The notes under the pieces were generated by a model. It had not been told where the DNA came from, searched no databases, and saw only the letters and a list, made by a program, of their open reading frames with translations. Below are positions 9,919 through 18,835 of a DNA stretch of 64,000 nt, one piece after another. Location of the stretch: contig DATIIV010000012.1 in NCBI GenBank assembly GCA_035479295.1, forward strand, positions 65,010-129,009, given 5' to 3'. Source of the stretch: Candidatus Saccharimonadia bacterium. GTDB taxonomy: Bacteria > Patescibacteriota > Saccharimonadia > UBA4664. The translations under genes and the position numbers were made by a program. How positions within the stretch are numbered: position 1 is the first letter of the stretch; each line of letters begins with the position of its first letter.

Positions 9919-10872
9919 ATGAATCACGCACTTACCTCAAGAGACACAGTTGCGTCGGCTATTATTGACGTCAGTCTTCGCTCGGCTAGGGCCAAAAGCA
10001 TCTATATATTTGAGCTAGGCAATCTAAATGATCTGATGCCAAAACTCGAAGCCGAGAAGATCCGCCAAGAATTTGTGCGCCACAATACACCGATAAAACA
10101 GATAACTAATCTCCGCAGATTTACGGCGTGGACCGAAAATGCCGAGCTGACGCAGCAAAACTTGGCGGTAAAGTATGTGCCGGCGGAGAATTTTGCCATT
10201 ACGAGCGAGGTTCTAATATTTGATAATACGGTAGCGGTTTATCGCTTAGAGCCGGAGCCCTTCTACTTTGAACAGGATGACAAATCTTATGCTGACATGC
10301 TGCGCAGCTTGTTTATGAACCTCTGGCAAGTCGGTGATTCGCTTTTGCTGTCAGCTGATGGCAGTACACTAACCAAGCAATACTCACCGATCTCGTACCA
10401 GTTTAAAGAATTGCCCGTCATTCTTTACCCCGCCAAAGATGACGGACAGCTTGAAAAAGCCTTTTCTCGTAGTAAAAAAGGTGGTTTAGAAAAGTATGTA
10501 AACTCTATCTTGGAAAAAGATTACACCTACTATAAGGACGCCGACGTCATCTTGGCGTACGTCTGGAATCAGGAGAGCGTCCCGTATTGCGACATCTGGA
10601 AGATCAGTCGTAATACCATCAGTGACGACTCAGGGCTGCTCTATGATGTTAGAATCTATGCCGATCATGAGGTTACGCAGGACATGGGCGTGGCGAGCGG
10701 AAACTCCTCAATCGTGCTAACTGCCGAGGAGATGCTTCTGCGAGAATTGGTTATAAAAGATGGATTATCTTTCGTTGCGGCGGCTAACAGGGAGCTGTAT
10801 CCGGCGCGATTTCCGATTGGCTATGTGCCGGATGAGAGTTTTTACCGCGTCACGACAACTCCAGCCCAATGA
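9919..10872 (+). CDS. hypothetical protein (low-GC gene)
   Basis: Long ORF with clearly lower GC than its flanks, and no motif I recognise. The first ATG in the ORF is at 9919, while the ORF track starts at GTG 9889. Confidence 0.55.
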   Translation: MNHALTSRDTVASAIIDVSLRSARAKSIYIFELGNLNDLMPKLEAEKIRQEFVRHNTPIKQITNLRRFTAWTENAELTQQNLAVKYVPAENFAITSEVLIFDNTVAVYRLEPEPFYFEQDDKSYADMLRSLFMNLWQVGDSLLLSADGSTLTKQYSPISYQFKELPVILYPAKDDGQLEKAFSRSKKGGLEKYVNSILEKDYTYYKDADVILAYVWNQESVPYCDIWKISRNTISDDSGLLYDVRIYADHEVTQDMGVASGNSSIVLTAEEMLLRELVIKDGLSFVAAANRELYPARFPIGYVPDESFYRVTTTPAQ

Positions 10873-11123
10873 ACCAAGCACACCGAGACCGAGGAGATTT
10901 TGGCCGTCTATATTCCGTTGTGCGTTACTCCTGAGCATCGCGGCCTGCGCCTACAGGTACGGCCGCTCGATATGTTTATGGAGGAGGTTGAGGTTGATGG
11001 CCAGAAGCGGCCACGATTTCGGTACATTGGGCCGGGGCTGTAGCGCTTCGTTTATGGTTGTAGACTAGGCCTGTTTGTGGTATACAGGAGGGACTCTGTT
11101 CCGCATCTCGAGTGAGGAGAACC

Positions 11124-11348
11124 ATGGCACTTAGCAAGGGCGACCGTCTGACGACGGCACAGGCGCTGACTGGGAGCTTCGGCAACACTCTGGTTTCGGC
11201 GGGCGCGGAAGGCACTATCATCAACGTCTACGAAGCCCACTCCAATGACCCGCGCTACGTGGTCCAGTTTGACGCTGGACCGCTCATCAATGTCTACCAC
11301 CACGAGATCGTGTCGTCCGACACCTCCGACGACAAGGTGGCGGGATGA
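11124..11348 (+). CDS. small hypothetical protein
   Basis: ATG at 11124 is preceded by GAGGAG. The 74-aa product is followed by a strong hairpin terminator. Confidence 0.5.
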   Translation: MALSKGDRLTTAQALTGSFGNTLVSAGAEGTIINVYEAHSNDPRYVVQFDAGPLINVYHHEIVSSDTSDDKVAG

Positions 11349-11386
11349 TTGTTGGGCTGCGGTTGCAGTCGGTCTTTCGCATTCTG

Positions 11387-11418
11387 CTCCCGGACCAGGG
11401 TTATACCTGGTCCGGGAG
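11387..11418 (+). terminator. intrinsic terminator
   Basis: CTCCCGGACCAGG-GTTATA-CCTGGTCCGGGAG: a 13-bp perfect stem followed by TCTTTG. Confidence 0.65.
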
Positions 11419-11478
11419 TCTTTGCGCTAGGGCCGGTAAGGTGCATGATAAAGCCCCAAAGGACTGCCGCGCTGGATC

Positions 11479-11961
11479 TTGCCCCCGGTAAATCATGTTA
11501 TACTTGCCAGCGTGTCAAATTCACCTCAATCTCAGGCGCAAGAATTGGCTGACTTGCGCAATCAGTACCTGGCCAGCATGACCACGGACGACAAGCTGGC
11601 GATTATCCGCAGGAAGCGAGCTACGATTTGGCGCATCCTGCTGATAGCGGCCGTCTTTATGGTGGCGGGCGTGTTGTTCCAGGTGTTCTACGATAGTGTG
11701 CTGGCGGCCCAGCTGCCGGATACGAAGTGGGCGCACCTGGGCGGAGCCGTGGCGTTTGGTGCCACCATTTTCCTGTGGGGCTGTCTGCCGGGCTTGATTC
11801 GGCCCGATTGGTTGGTGCGCGAAGCGGCCACCAAGGCGGTGATCGCCAAACGGCATGACCTGAAAGCGGTGCATGAGGGTCGACAGAAGCGCCTGGGCTG
11901 CCTCGTCGGCTTCCCAGTTCTATTGGTCTACGCGGTGATCATCATCCATTTCTTCTTCTAG
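11479..11961 (+). CDS. hypothetical membrane protein (start uncertain)
   Basis: Four hydrophobic helices (ILLIAAVFMVAGVLFQVFY, AVAFGATIFLWGCLPGL, LGCLVGFPVLLVYAVIIIHFFF). An alternative ATG lies at 11578. Confidence 0.5.
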   Translation: MPPVNHVILASVSNSPQSQAQELADLRNQYLASMTTDDKLAIIRRKRATIWRILLIAAVFMVAGVLFQVFYDSVLAAQLPDTKWAHLGGAVAFGATIFLWGCLPGLIRPDWLVREAATKAVIAKRHDLKAVHEGRQKRLGCLVGFPVLLVYAVIIIHFFF

Positions 11962-11982
11962 CGAGAGGAACACAATAACGTA

Positions 11983-12015
11983 AGGCCGCCCGGCAGATTG
12001 TCGGGCGGCCTCTTT
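11983..12015 (+). terminator. intrinsic terminator
   Basis: AGGCCGCCCG-GCAGATTGT-CGGGCGGCCT followed by CTTTG. It overlaps the first ~50 nt of the ORF-track model 11998..13263. Confidence 0.6.
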
Positions 12016-12048
12016 GCGCCGGCTACGTCTGCCGTTACACTACCCACA

Positions 12049-13263
12049 GTGGGCAGCCTCTTTACTCTTTTTCATAGCCTAATTTTGTCGCTACATATAG
12101 CGGCTTTTCCGGTATCGCCGTTTGTTTTTTCGACCCCGCAGGTGCCCTCGACGGCCGAGAATCCCCAGCCGCTGCGGGTGGTGACGCGCGTGATCGAGCC
12201 GTTTGTGATCGATGAGGGCAACGGTAAATATAGCGGCTACAGCATGGAGCTGCTCGACCTCATCCACCAGGAGCTCAAAGAGCCGAGCCTGCCGGCGGGG
12301 CAAGATTATGCCCTGTCGCCTCAGCAAAAAGCCGTTATTAATCTGCCCTTTGCTATCGAATCCCAGCCGGCCGCTAACGCCGAGGCGCTTGTTAAAACCG
12401 TTCAGGACAACGGCGCCGATCTCGGCATCGCCAGCATCTCCATCACGCAGGATCGCGAGGCTCGGGTCGACTTTAGCCTGCCCATGTACAGCTCGGGTTT
12501 GCAGGTGATGCAAACCACCGACAAGGCGCCCGGCCCAAACATCATGACGGCGCTCGGACATATCTTGAGCCGCCCCAAAACGCCGGCGGTTCTGTGGCTA
12601 GGATTCATCGGCATGGCGACGCTAGCCACTCTTATTTACCTGTTTGAGCAGCGTCACAGCAAGAGCTTTCTGTTTGGTGAGCCGCCGCTGGTGGGCATTG
12701 GCAACGCTTTTTGGTGGGGGCTAACCGTGTTGGTGGGCCAAGAAGAAGCGCACCCGCGGTCGAGTGTGAGTCGGCTGGCGGCTACCTTAATTATGGCTAC
12801 CGGTGTAATTGTTGTAGCGCTCTTTACGGCCTCGGTGGCCTCGGACTTAACGTTGCAGCAGCTGGACGATCCCGAGCGCGGCATCGATAGTCTAAACGGC
12901 CATGTAGTGGTGACGCTCGACGGCACAACCTCCGAATCCTACCTGGACCAGAAGCGGGTTGAGCTCAAGATTAAAGCCATCAAAACAGTTGGCACCTTGG
13001 ATGACGCCTACGCTATGCTCAAGAACGGCCAGGCCGACTCGCTGGTGTACGACGCACCTGTGTTGCAGTATTATGCTAGCCACCAGGGCCGTGGCAAGTT
13101 TACGACGGTGGGGCGGCCGTTTCACTCGGAGTATTACGGCATTGTCCTGCCTCAGGGCAGCCCCTGGCGCGAGCCGATTAGTCGAGCATTGCTGACGTTG
13201 TCCGAGGACGGCACGCTCGACCACTTGGCGCAAACGTACTTGGGCGATGCTAGCAACAATTAG
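12049..13263 (+). CDS. GluR0/iGluR-like ligand-gated ion channel (periplasmic-binding-protein lobes split by a 2-TM + pore-loop module)
   Basis: SBP type-3 lobe 1 (VVTRVIEPFVIDE...GIASISITQDREARVDFSLPMYSSGLQVM). TM VLWLGFIGMATLATLIYLF. Pore-loop IGNAFWWGLTVLVGQEE. TM LAATLIMATGVIVVALFTASVASDLT. Lobe 2 (VVTLDGTTSESYL...DSLVYDAPVLQYY...YYGIVLPQGSPWREPISRALLTL). The start is uncertain: GTG 12049 is the first candidate past the terminator hairpin. Confidence 0.8.
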   Translation: MGSLFTLFHSLILSLHIAAFPVSPFVFSTPQVPSTAENPQPLRVVTRVIEPFVIDEGNGKYSGYSMELLDLIHQELKEPSLPAGQDYALSPQQKAVINLPFAIESQPAANAEALVKTVQDNGADLGIASISITQDREARVDFSLPMYSSGLQVMQTTDKAPGPNIMTALGHILSRPKTPAVLWLGFIGMATLATLIYLFEQRHSKSFLFGEPPLVGIGNAFWWGLTVLVGQEEAHPRSSVSRLAATLIMATGVIVVALFTASVASDLTLQQLDDPERGIDSLNGHVVVTLDGTTSESYLDQKRVELKIKAIKTVGTLDDAYAMLKNGQADSLVYDAPVLQYYASHQGRGKFTTVGRPFHSEYYGIVLPQGSPWREPISRALLTLSEDGTLDHLAQTYLGDASNN

Positions 13264-13286
13264 CCATAAGGAGTCTAGTCATAGCC

Positions 13287-13631
13287 ATGTCAGTGATCGA
13301 TGATTATCTACAGCAGGTGGAGCCGCCTCAACGCGCCGAGCTTGAGCGCGTGCGCCGCATCATCCAGCAGGTCGCGCCCGAGGCCGTCGAGACCATTAGC
13401 TATGCCATGCCGGCGTTTAAATATCGGGGCAAATATCTGGCGGCGTTTGCGGCCTTTAAGGACCACTTGAGTCTGTTCCCAACGGCCGAGCCGGTGGCGG
13501 CGCTGCAGACTAGGCTGGGCGACTTTGCGACCTCCAAGGGTACGATTCAATTTACGATCGATAAACCGCTGCCTGAGCCCCTGATTCGCGACCTCATGGC
13601 CCACCGCCTTCGCGCCATCGAGCAGGAGTAG
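13287..13631 (+). CDS. DUF1801 (YdhG-like) domain protein
   Basis: RBS AAGGAG. IDDYLQQVEPPQRAELERVRRIIQQVAPEAVETISYAMPAFKYRGKYLAAFAAFKDHLSLFP matches the DUF1801 pattern. Confidence 0.8.
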   Translation: MSVIDDYLQQVEPPQRAELERVRRIIQQVAPEAVETISYAMPAFKYRGKYLAAFAAFKDHLSLFPTAEPVAALQTRLGDFATSKGTIQFTIDKPLPEPLIRDLMAHRLRAIEQE

Positions 13632-13638
13632 CTGAGGT

Positions 13639-14163
13639 ATGATGAGCGCTGATCGACCCAGTCATACCCTCACCGACGACCACGGCCGCCGTATTACTAT
13701 TACCTGGATTCCGACCGATCGGCTGGAGCAGTATCGGCCGTACTTTCAGGTTTACGGCATCGTCTTTAACGCGGCCGGGCAGATCCTGCTCATCCAGGAG
13801 CACGGCGACTGGAAGATTCCTGGCGGCACGCCCGAGCCCGGCGAGACGGCCGAGCAGACGCTCTGCCGCGAGCTGCTCGAGGAGGCCGATGTGACGATTA
13901 AGCAGTGGGTGCCGGTGGGCGTGCAGCAGGTGCATTATCCGCACAATCCGCAGACGCACCAGGGCGAATTATTTTATCAGTATCGCTACGCCTGCCTGCT
14001 CGATGAGCAGTTACCCTCCACGCCCGACCCCGACGACGACGTGACGCATCCGCGGCGCTGGGTGCCGGCGGCCGAGGTGACTCGCTACGTGCAATGGGGC
14101 GAGACGGGTGCGGCACTATTCGCGGCAGCAATCGAGGTCTATCGGGCGCGATTGCAGGGTTAG
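13639..14163 (+). CDS. NUDIX hydrolase
   Basis: Nudix box GGTPEPGETAEQTLCRELLEEADV (GX5EX7REUXEEXGU). Confidence 0.9.
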   Translation: MMSADRPSHTLTDDHGRRITITWIPTDRLEQYRPYFQVYGIVFNAAGQILLIQEHGDWKIPGGTPEPGETAEQTLCRELLEEADVTIKQWVPVGVQQVHYPHNPQTHQGELFYQYRYACLLDEQLPSTPDPDDDVTHPRRWVPAAEVTRYVQWGETGAALFAAAIEVYRARLQG

Positions 14164-14229
14164 CCGTCTCTTTGCTGTGGTGCCGGCGGTGGTACACTGG
14201 GGGTAATTGAGGAGTGGACGACATTAATT

Positions 14230-14637
14230 ATGGATACAGCCAAAAACCCTAAATCGCTCAAGCAACAGGCTCTCGGCCTCATCGTTGGTCTGGCTGCACA
14301 ATACCTGCTGGGCATGGCGGCTGCCATGTTTGCGCCCTTTCCCGAGGGCCAGACCGGCGATAGCCTGTGGCCGTTTGCCTGGCAGCAGCCGATTATCGCG
14401 CTGCACATCGTGTTGGGCTTGGCGCTGCTGGCGGGTGCGGTCTATCTGGTGCTGCAGGCGCGTCGCCAGCGCGTGTGGTTGGTGCCGGCTGGCACGGGTT
14501 TGGTGGCCATTGTGGTGGCTATTATGGCTGGCTCAAGCTTTATTTCCAGCCAATCCGAGGCTTATTCGTACGTGATGGCCGTTGGCTTTTTGGCCGCTAT
14601 CTTGGCCTACGCTTGGGGCCTGTATCGGGCTAAATAG
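14230..14637 (+). CDS. hypothetical 4-TM membrane protein
   Basis: 135-aa ORF with four hydrophobic segments. The overlapping alternative-frame ORFs look like GC artefacts. Confidence 0.6.
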   Translation: MDTAKNPKSLKQQALGLIVGLAAQYLLGMAAAMFAPFPEGQTGDSLWPFAWQQPIIALHIVLGLALLAGAVYLVLQARRQRVWLVPAGTGLVAIVVAIMAGSSFISSQSEAYSYVMAVGFLAAILAYAWGLYRAK

Positions 14638-14707
14638 GCGACGCCCTGCAACCTTCTGTTTAGTCCGGCATTATACGAGTATAAGGTTGGCCTAACTCGA
14701 TGGTGGC

Positions 14708-15331
14708 ATGCTAAACGAACAAGAACTGATAGCCCGCGCCCAGGCCGATCCGCCGGCCTTTGGCGAACTATACGATCAGACCTATCCCAAGATCTCCAAC
14801 TACATTCTGCGCCGGGTGGGCGAGGTAGCGGTGGCTCAGGACCTGACGGCTGAGGTTTACATTAAGGCCATGCGCGGACTGCCGCGATACCAGTGGCGTG
14901 GGCTGCCGTTTACGGCTTGGCTCTATCGCATTGCGGCCAACGAGATTGCCGGCTACTTTCGGCGACAGCATCATGGCCTATTGTCGCTGGAGGCGTTGTA
15001 CGAGGAGCACCAGTTTGAGCCGGCCGCCGAGCTTGATCTGGAGCGCGAGCTGATCGAGAGGCAGCAGCAGGCCGAGCGCTACGCCGATTTCCGGCTGGTG
15101 CGCGATCTGCTGCAGCGGCTGCCGGCCAAGTACCAGGAAGTGCTGGCATTGCGCTACTTTGAACAGCAGCCGCTGGCCGATATCGTCATTATTACCGGCA
15201 AGAATCTTAATACCGTCAAGTCACTACTGATGCGTGGCCTGCAGCGCCTACGAACAGAGTATAATACCGCCAAAACTGCTACCCAGACGCAACCTCTGGC
15301 CCCGTCCCGCGTTATAGAGGCAGAGGAATAA
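14708..15331 (+). CDS. ECF-type RNA polymerase sigma-70 family factor
   Basis: Region 2 (AQDLTAEVYIKAMRGLPRYQWRGLPFTAWLYRIAANEIAGYFRR) and region 4 HTH (LPAKYQEVLALRYFEQQPLADIVIITGKNLNTVKSLLMRGLQRLR). Confidence 0.9.
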   Translation: MLNEQELIARAQADPPAFGELYDQTYPKISNYILRRVGEVAVAQDLTAEVYIKAMRGLPRYQWRGLPFTAWLYRIAANEIAGYFRRQHHGLLSLEALYEEHQFEPAAELDLERELIERQQQAERYADFRLVRDLLQRLPAKYQEVLALRYFEQQPLADIVIITGKNLNTVKSLLMRGLQRLRTEYNTAKTATQTQPLAPSRVIEAEE

Positions 15332-15336
15332 ATCGT

Positions 15337-15981
15337 ATGAAGAAGATATTATCCAACCCAGAGCTTACCCGGCTAACGGTGCCGACGGCGGCCATGAAGC
15401 ATCACCAAATGCATCTGAAGTATGTGCTCCTTTCCTCTGCTCAACACCAATCGACCAAACCAAACATCATTAAAACAGGATGGAACACGATCATGACCAA
15501 GAAACCACTCGTAATAGGTGGCCTCACGTTCGCTGTGGCGGCGCTAGCTCTAACGGCCGCTACCTTTATTAACCCGACTAGCTCGACGGCCTCGGCCCAG
15601 GGCGAGGCGCGCGCTAGCGTGCAGGCGCTGACTAGGCTGTCGCCAGACGACCAAGCCAAGGTAAAACAGCAGACTAGCGGCGGCATTCAGGCTGAGCTGC
15701 AAGCGGCCGAGCGGGCCCACGATGTGCAGACGTTTACGTATGACCAACTTCTGGCCCGGGATGGCGACGCCTCTGGCTTGACTCACCGTGCGGTGCCGGC
15801 TGGCTATCCCGCGCCCGATCTGCGTAGCCTTAAGTACCTGCGCTTTACCCGAACCGACGGTGGCGTGGTTACTATTGGCCTAGACGCTCAGAGCCTCCCG
15901 GTCTTTGAGTCGCTGAACGATCCAAATGCCGGTAGCGCTGATAGCGCTGTTGGCCCGAATGGTCAGGCGCCTCAGCCCTAG
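15337..15981 (+). CDS. single-pass membrane protein, putative anti-sigma factor
   Basis: Starts 5 nt after the sigma gene. Cytoplasmic N-terminus, one TM (LVIGGLTFAVAALALTAATFI), then an extracytoplasmic domain. The function is inferred from position only. Confidence 0.45.
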   Translation: MKKILSNPELTRLTVPTAAMKHHQMHLKYVLLSSAQHQSTKPNIIKTGWNTIMTKKPLVIGGLTFAVAALALTAATFINPTSSTASAQGEARASVQALTRLSPDDQAKVKQQTSGGIQAELQAAERAHDVQTFTYDQLLARDGDASGLTHRAVPAGYPAPDLRSLKYLRFTRTDGGVVTIGLDAQSLPVFESLNDPNAGSADSAVGPNGQAPQP

Positions 15982-16000
15982 CCAGCCACCAGCTTCGTAT

Positions 16001-16027
16001 AAAAGACCGGCCTCGGGCCGGTCTTTT
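16001..16027 (+). terminator. intrinsic terminator
   Basis: AAAAGACCGGCC-TCG-GGCCGGTCTTTT: a 12-bp stem with a T tract. Confidence 0.75.
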
Positions 16028-16119
16028 GCTGGGGGCGAAGGAGAGCAGAATTATTGACTTATGTCGCTCAAAGTGTTAATGTATGTAGCGCACCCGAACA
16101 AGAGAGATTGGAGCCGACC

Positions 16120-16680
16120 ATGTCAGGCAATGAGGCACTGCAGCTCTCGCCCGCAACCAGACAGCAGTGTGTCGACTGGTTGCGCGAGGTAGTCGAAGAG
16201 GCCATTCTGGCCTATCGTGCGACCCAGAACGTTTCCCCGAGTCTCAACCTCTATGCCCGCTGCCGGCAGACGGCGCATGACCGGGCGCATTACTACGGCC
16301 GGATCGCGCTGCTCCACCAGTTGGCCTACGGCAATCCAGCCGAAGACCTGGCCCAGCCGCTGAACCTGCGGCTGGACGGCAGGGCGCCCCGCGAAGGGGC
16401 GCCGGACCTCCAGCAGCTCGAGGTCATCGTCCGGCACTGGGGCGAGATGCCTCAGGTGACCGATGGGCAGTGGCCGTTATTCCAGCGGGCTGTGTTGGCC
16501 GCGGAGGCCAAGAAGCCTGAGGAGGTCGAAGAGCTGGTGTGCCAGGTGGCCGACGGCTCCAGCTCCGACAAGATCGCCCGCCGGGTGGCCTGCGTCTGGA
16601 GCTACACCCAGAACCTCCTGCCGTACTGGCGGGTCTGGACCAACAAGTACGGCGTGGACGCTCCGCTGCCGCGCATCTAG
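16120..16680 (+). CDS. hypothetical cytoplasmic protein
   Basis: ATG at 16120 follows AGAGAGATTGGAG. 186 aa with no recognised motif. Confidence 0.5.
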   Translation: MSGNEALQLSPATRQQCVDWLREVVEEAILAYRATQNVSPSLNLYARCRQTAHDRAHYYGRIALLHQLAYGNPAEDLAQPLNLRLDGRAPREGAPDLQQLEVIVRHWGEMPQVTDGQWPLFQRAVLAAEAKKPEEVEELVCQVADGSSSDKIARRVACVWSYTQNLLPYWRVWTNKYGVDAPLPRI

Positions 16681-16853
16681 CACCGGCCGCTGCCGGACCA
16701 TCTCCAACAATCTCTACACCGGCGTGCATCGAGGCGTTCCCGTTCGCGGGATCGCCTCTTTGCTTTGGCCGCCATTTACAATGTCGGCAAAAGGCCGTAG
16801 AGTATTCATCGCGTCACGCCAAGGAGGCGGGCGTCAACCAACCGTGTCGAACG

Positions 16854-17492
16854 ATGGGAGGGGTCGTGACCGGCCTCATGGTATTACTGATCATTGTGAA
16901 CGGCGCTATCAGCACCTTCAACGCCTGGTATGTCGGCAACGTCTGGCCTGAGCGCCAGGAGATGCCGTGGCCGTTGCGCTGGGTGGTTTATGCCAGCGTC
17001 ACCATGTCGGCCTGCGGCTTTACCTGGTGCTACCTGATGGCAGTAGGGCTGGCGACCGAAGCGCTCCGAAGCAATCAGCTGCCGGTACTGCACTATGTCA
17101 ACGACATTCCGCCGTCGGCCATCAATGCCCTGATGTCGTTGGGCTATCTGGCCATCATCCTGCCGGTGATCGGCTCGGGCCTAGTGATCACGGCACACGC
17201 CTGGTCGGTAGCCTGGCGCCGCCGTAGCTTTAGCAACGTGGCCGTAGCCGGCTGGGACAGCTTCGCCCAGATCTACAATGTGATCGAGGCGGTGGAGTTC
17301 ATTCCTGAGGCGCTCAGTTCGGTCGTCAACTTCTTTCGCAGCGACGACGAGGAAGACTGGGGCTACTGGGTGCTCGTAGCTCTGCTGGTCCTACTCATCG
17401 GGGGCGTCCTGACCACCTCGCTGATCGTCCGGCTCTCGGCGCGTGGCCACGTCAGGCGGGTCCAGGCGCGTTATCAGTCTCGATTTGCCTAA
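16854..17492 (+). CDS. hypothetical multi-pass membrane protein
   Basis: The first in-frame ATG of ORF 16539..17492 is at 16854. The upstream part is Arg/Pro-rich and overlaps the previous gene. There are five or so hydrophobic helices (GLMVLLIIVNGAIS, VVYASVTMSACGFTWCYLMAVGL, and others). Confidence 0.55.
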   Translation: MGGVVTGLMVLLIIVNGAISTFNAWYVGNVWPERQEMPWPLRWVVYASVTMSACGFTWCYLMAVGLATEALRSNQLPVLHYVNDIPPSAINALMSLGYLAIILPVIGSGLVITAHAWSVAWRRRSFSNVAVAGWDSFAQIYNVIEAVEFIPEALSSVVNFFRSDDEEDWGYWVLVALLVLLIGGVLTTSLIVRLSARGHVRRVQARYQSRFA

Positions 17493-17526
17493 GCGTTACG
17501 CCTGCTCGGCCGCAGTTGAACCAATG

Positions 17527-17567
17527 ATCCCGGTCGCCCCTTTGCTAAGTGGGGTGACCGGGATTTT
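17527..17567 (+). terminator. intrinsic terminator
   Basis: ATCCCGGTCGCCCC-TTTGCTAAGT-GGGGTGACCGGGAT: a 14-bp stem with one G-T pair, followed by TTT. Confidence 0.65.
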
Positions 17568-17594
17568 AGCGTTGCGGAGGGATAGCATCGCGAC

Positions 17595-17623
17595 TTGATT
17601 TATACGCAATTATATAGTATGAT
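17595..17623 (+). promoter_or_regulatory. sigma-70-like promoter
   Basis: TTGATT, a 17-nt spacer, then TATGAT, about 45 nt upstream of the 17665/17674 start codons. Confidence 0.45.
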
Positions 17624-17673
17624 ATGGCGCGGACGTTTTACGCCCCCAACTTGACAGAGAGAGGATGAGCCCG

Positions 17674-18273
17674 ATGTCCAAACGGCTCAAACTACGCCGA
17701 CGCAAGCCCAGCTCCACGCCGAGGTCCGCGTCTCGCCACCCGTTCGTACTCCGGCCCTACAAACCCACCAAGACCAAGGAACAGATCGGGGCTGAGGCCA
17801 AGGAGATAGCGGATAATAATCCCGGTCGTACCGAGCTGGCCTCGCAAGGCCTGAAGCAGCGGATGGAAGACCGGGGTCGTAGCTTTAACGCGACGCAGTT
17901 CGTCATGGGTCTGACGGCCGCGGCCGAAGTGGCGCTGTTCACGGTGTTACTTACGCTGGGTCTGACGCTCAAGCTCCAGCTGCTGGCCGCCTCGTCGATG
18001 CCGGCTCTGGTGGGGTTTATCGCCATCATGGTCGGTCTTGCGTTCAAGTGGAAGGAGATCAGCCCCAACCCCGAGCACTGCGGCAGTGAGCTGCTCAACG
18101 CCATGGGGAAGGAGGACCAGCTCGCCTGGGTCGTAGAGCAGTCTCGCCGTAGCGAGGCTCAGCGCACTGGGCTGCTCGTGATGCGCCGCTGGTTCATGCT
18201 CTCGCTCGGCTGGATCATGATCTCAGCCATCATGGCCGTTGTGGCCATCTGTCGGATCATCGCGACGATGTAG
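17674..18273 (+). CDS. hypothetical membrane protein with basic N-terminal tail
   Basis: The spacing of the AGAGAGAGG RBS favours ATG 17674 over 17665. Lys/Arg-rich N-terminus, then three or four TM helices. Confidence 0.55.
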   Translation: MSKRLKLRRRKPSSTPRSASRHPFVLRPYKPTKTKEQIGAEAKEIADNNPGRTELASQGLKQRMEDRGRSFNATQFVMGLTAAAEVALFTVLLTLGLTLKLQLLAASSMPALVGFIAIMVGLAFKWKEISPNPEHCGSELLNAMGKEDQLAWVVEQSRRSEAQRTGLLVMRRWFMLSLGWIMISAIMAVVAICRIIATM

Positions 18274-18510
18274 ATCGCGCCAAAACGCCCCTGGGGGCCG
18301 CTCTCGCAGCACTGACGCGGGAGCGGCCTGACCGCTGCAATTATTTGACCTTGGCTAAAATTAGGCAAAACCGCCGAAAGCGTGTATAATAGCCTCAATC
18401 TAGAAACAAGCCTTGTCTTGTCGATTTCGCTGAGCCACCTCACCCGTTCGTGGCACATCTCAATCTTATTCCGGAGCATATTAAAGGAAGCTTCGGGTAA
18501 GGAGATATTT

Positions 18511-18813
18511 GTGGCAGTAAAATTATTTGTAGGCTCACTGAGCTTTAGCATCGACGACGACCAGCTCAAGGAGCTGTTTGTTCCCTTTGGTACGGTGGTG
18601 AGCGCGACCATTATCATGGACCGCGACACCAACCGTTCCAAGGGTTTTGGCTTTGTCGAGATGAGCACCGACGACGAGGCTCAGGCGGCTATTAAGTCGC
18701 TGAACGGCCAGACCGTGGGCGGCCGCGCCATCGCGGTTAACATCGCCAAGCCCAAGAAGGACTTTGGCGACCGCGGCGACCGTCCGGCCTATGGTCGCGA
18801 CCGCCGCTATTAG
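18511..18813 (+). CDS. RRM-type (RNP-1) RNA-binding protein with Arg/Gly/Asp-rich tail
   Basis: GTG start at 18511 is preceded by AAGGAG. RNP2 is KLFVGSL and RNP1 is KGFGFVEM. The C-terminal tail is GDRGDRPAYGRDRRY. The upstream part of the ORF-track model is low-GC leader. Confidence 0.9.
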   Translation: MAVKLFVGSLSFSIDDDQLKELFVPFGTVVSATIIMDRDTNRSKGFGFVEMSTDDEAQAAIKSLNGQTVGGRAIAVNIAKPKKDFGDRGDRPAYGRDRRY

Positions 18814-18835
18814 TAGCCAGGCCGTTGAGCAACTA

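Noticed and set aside
11998-12048. ORF-track start (TTG 11998) of the iGluR-like gene
   Set aside because: It lies inside the terminator hairpin of the upstream gene, so a start downstream of the hairpin is more plausible. The exact start remains unresolved.
16539-16853. N-terminal 105-aa extension of ORF 16539..17492
   Set aside because: It is an Arg/Pro/Gly-rich off-frame read-through overlapping the preceding gene. The hydrophobic membrane protein begins at ATG 16854.
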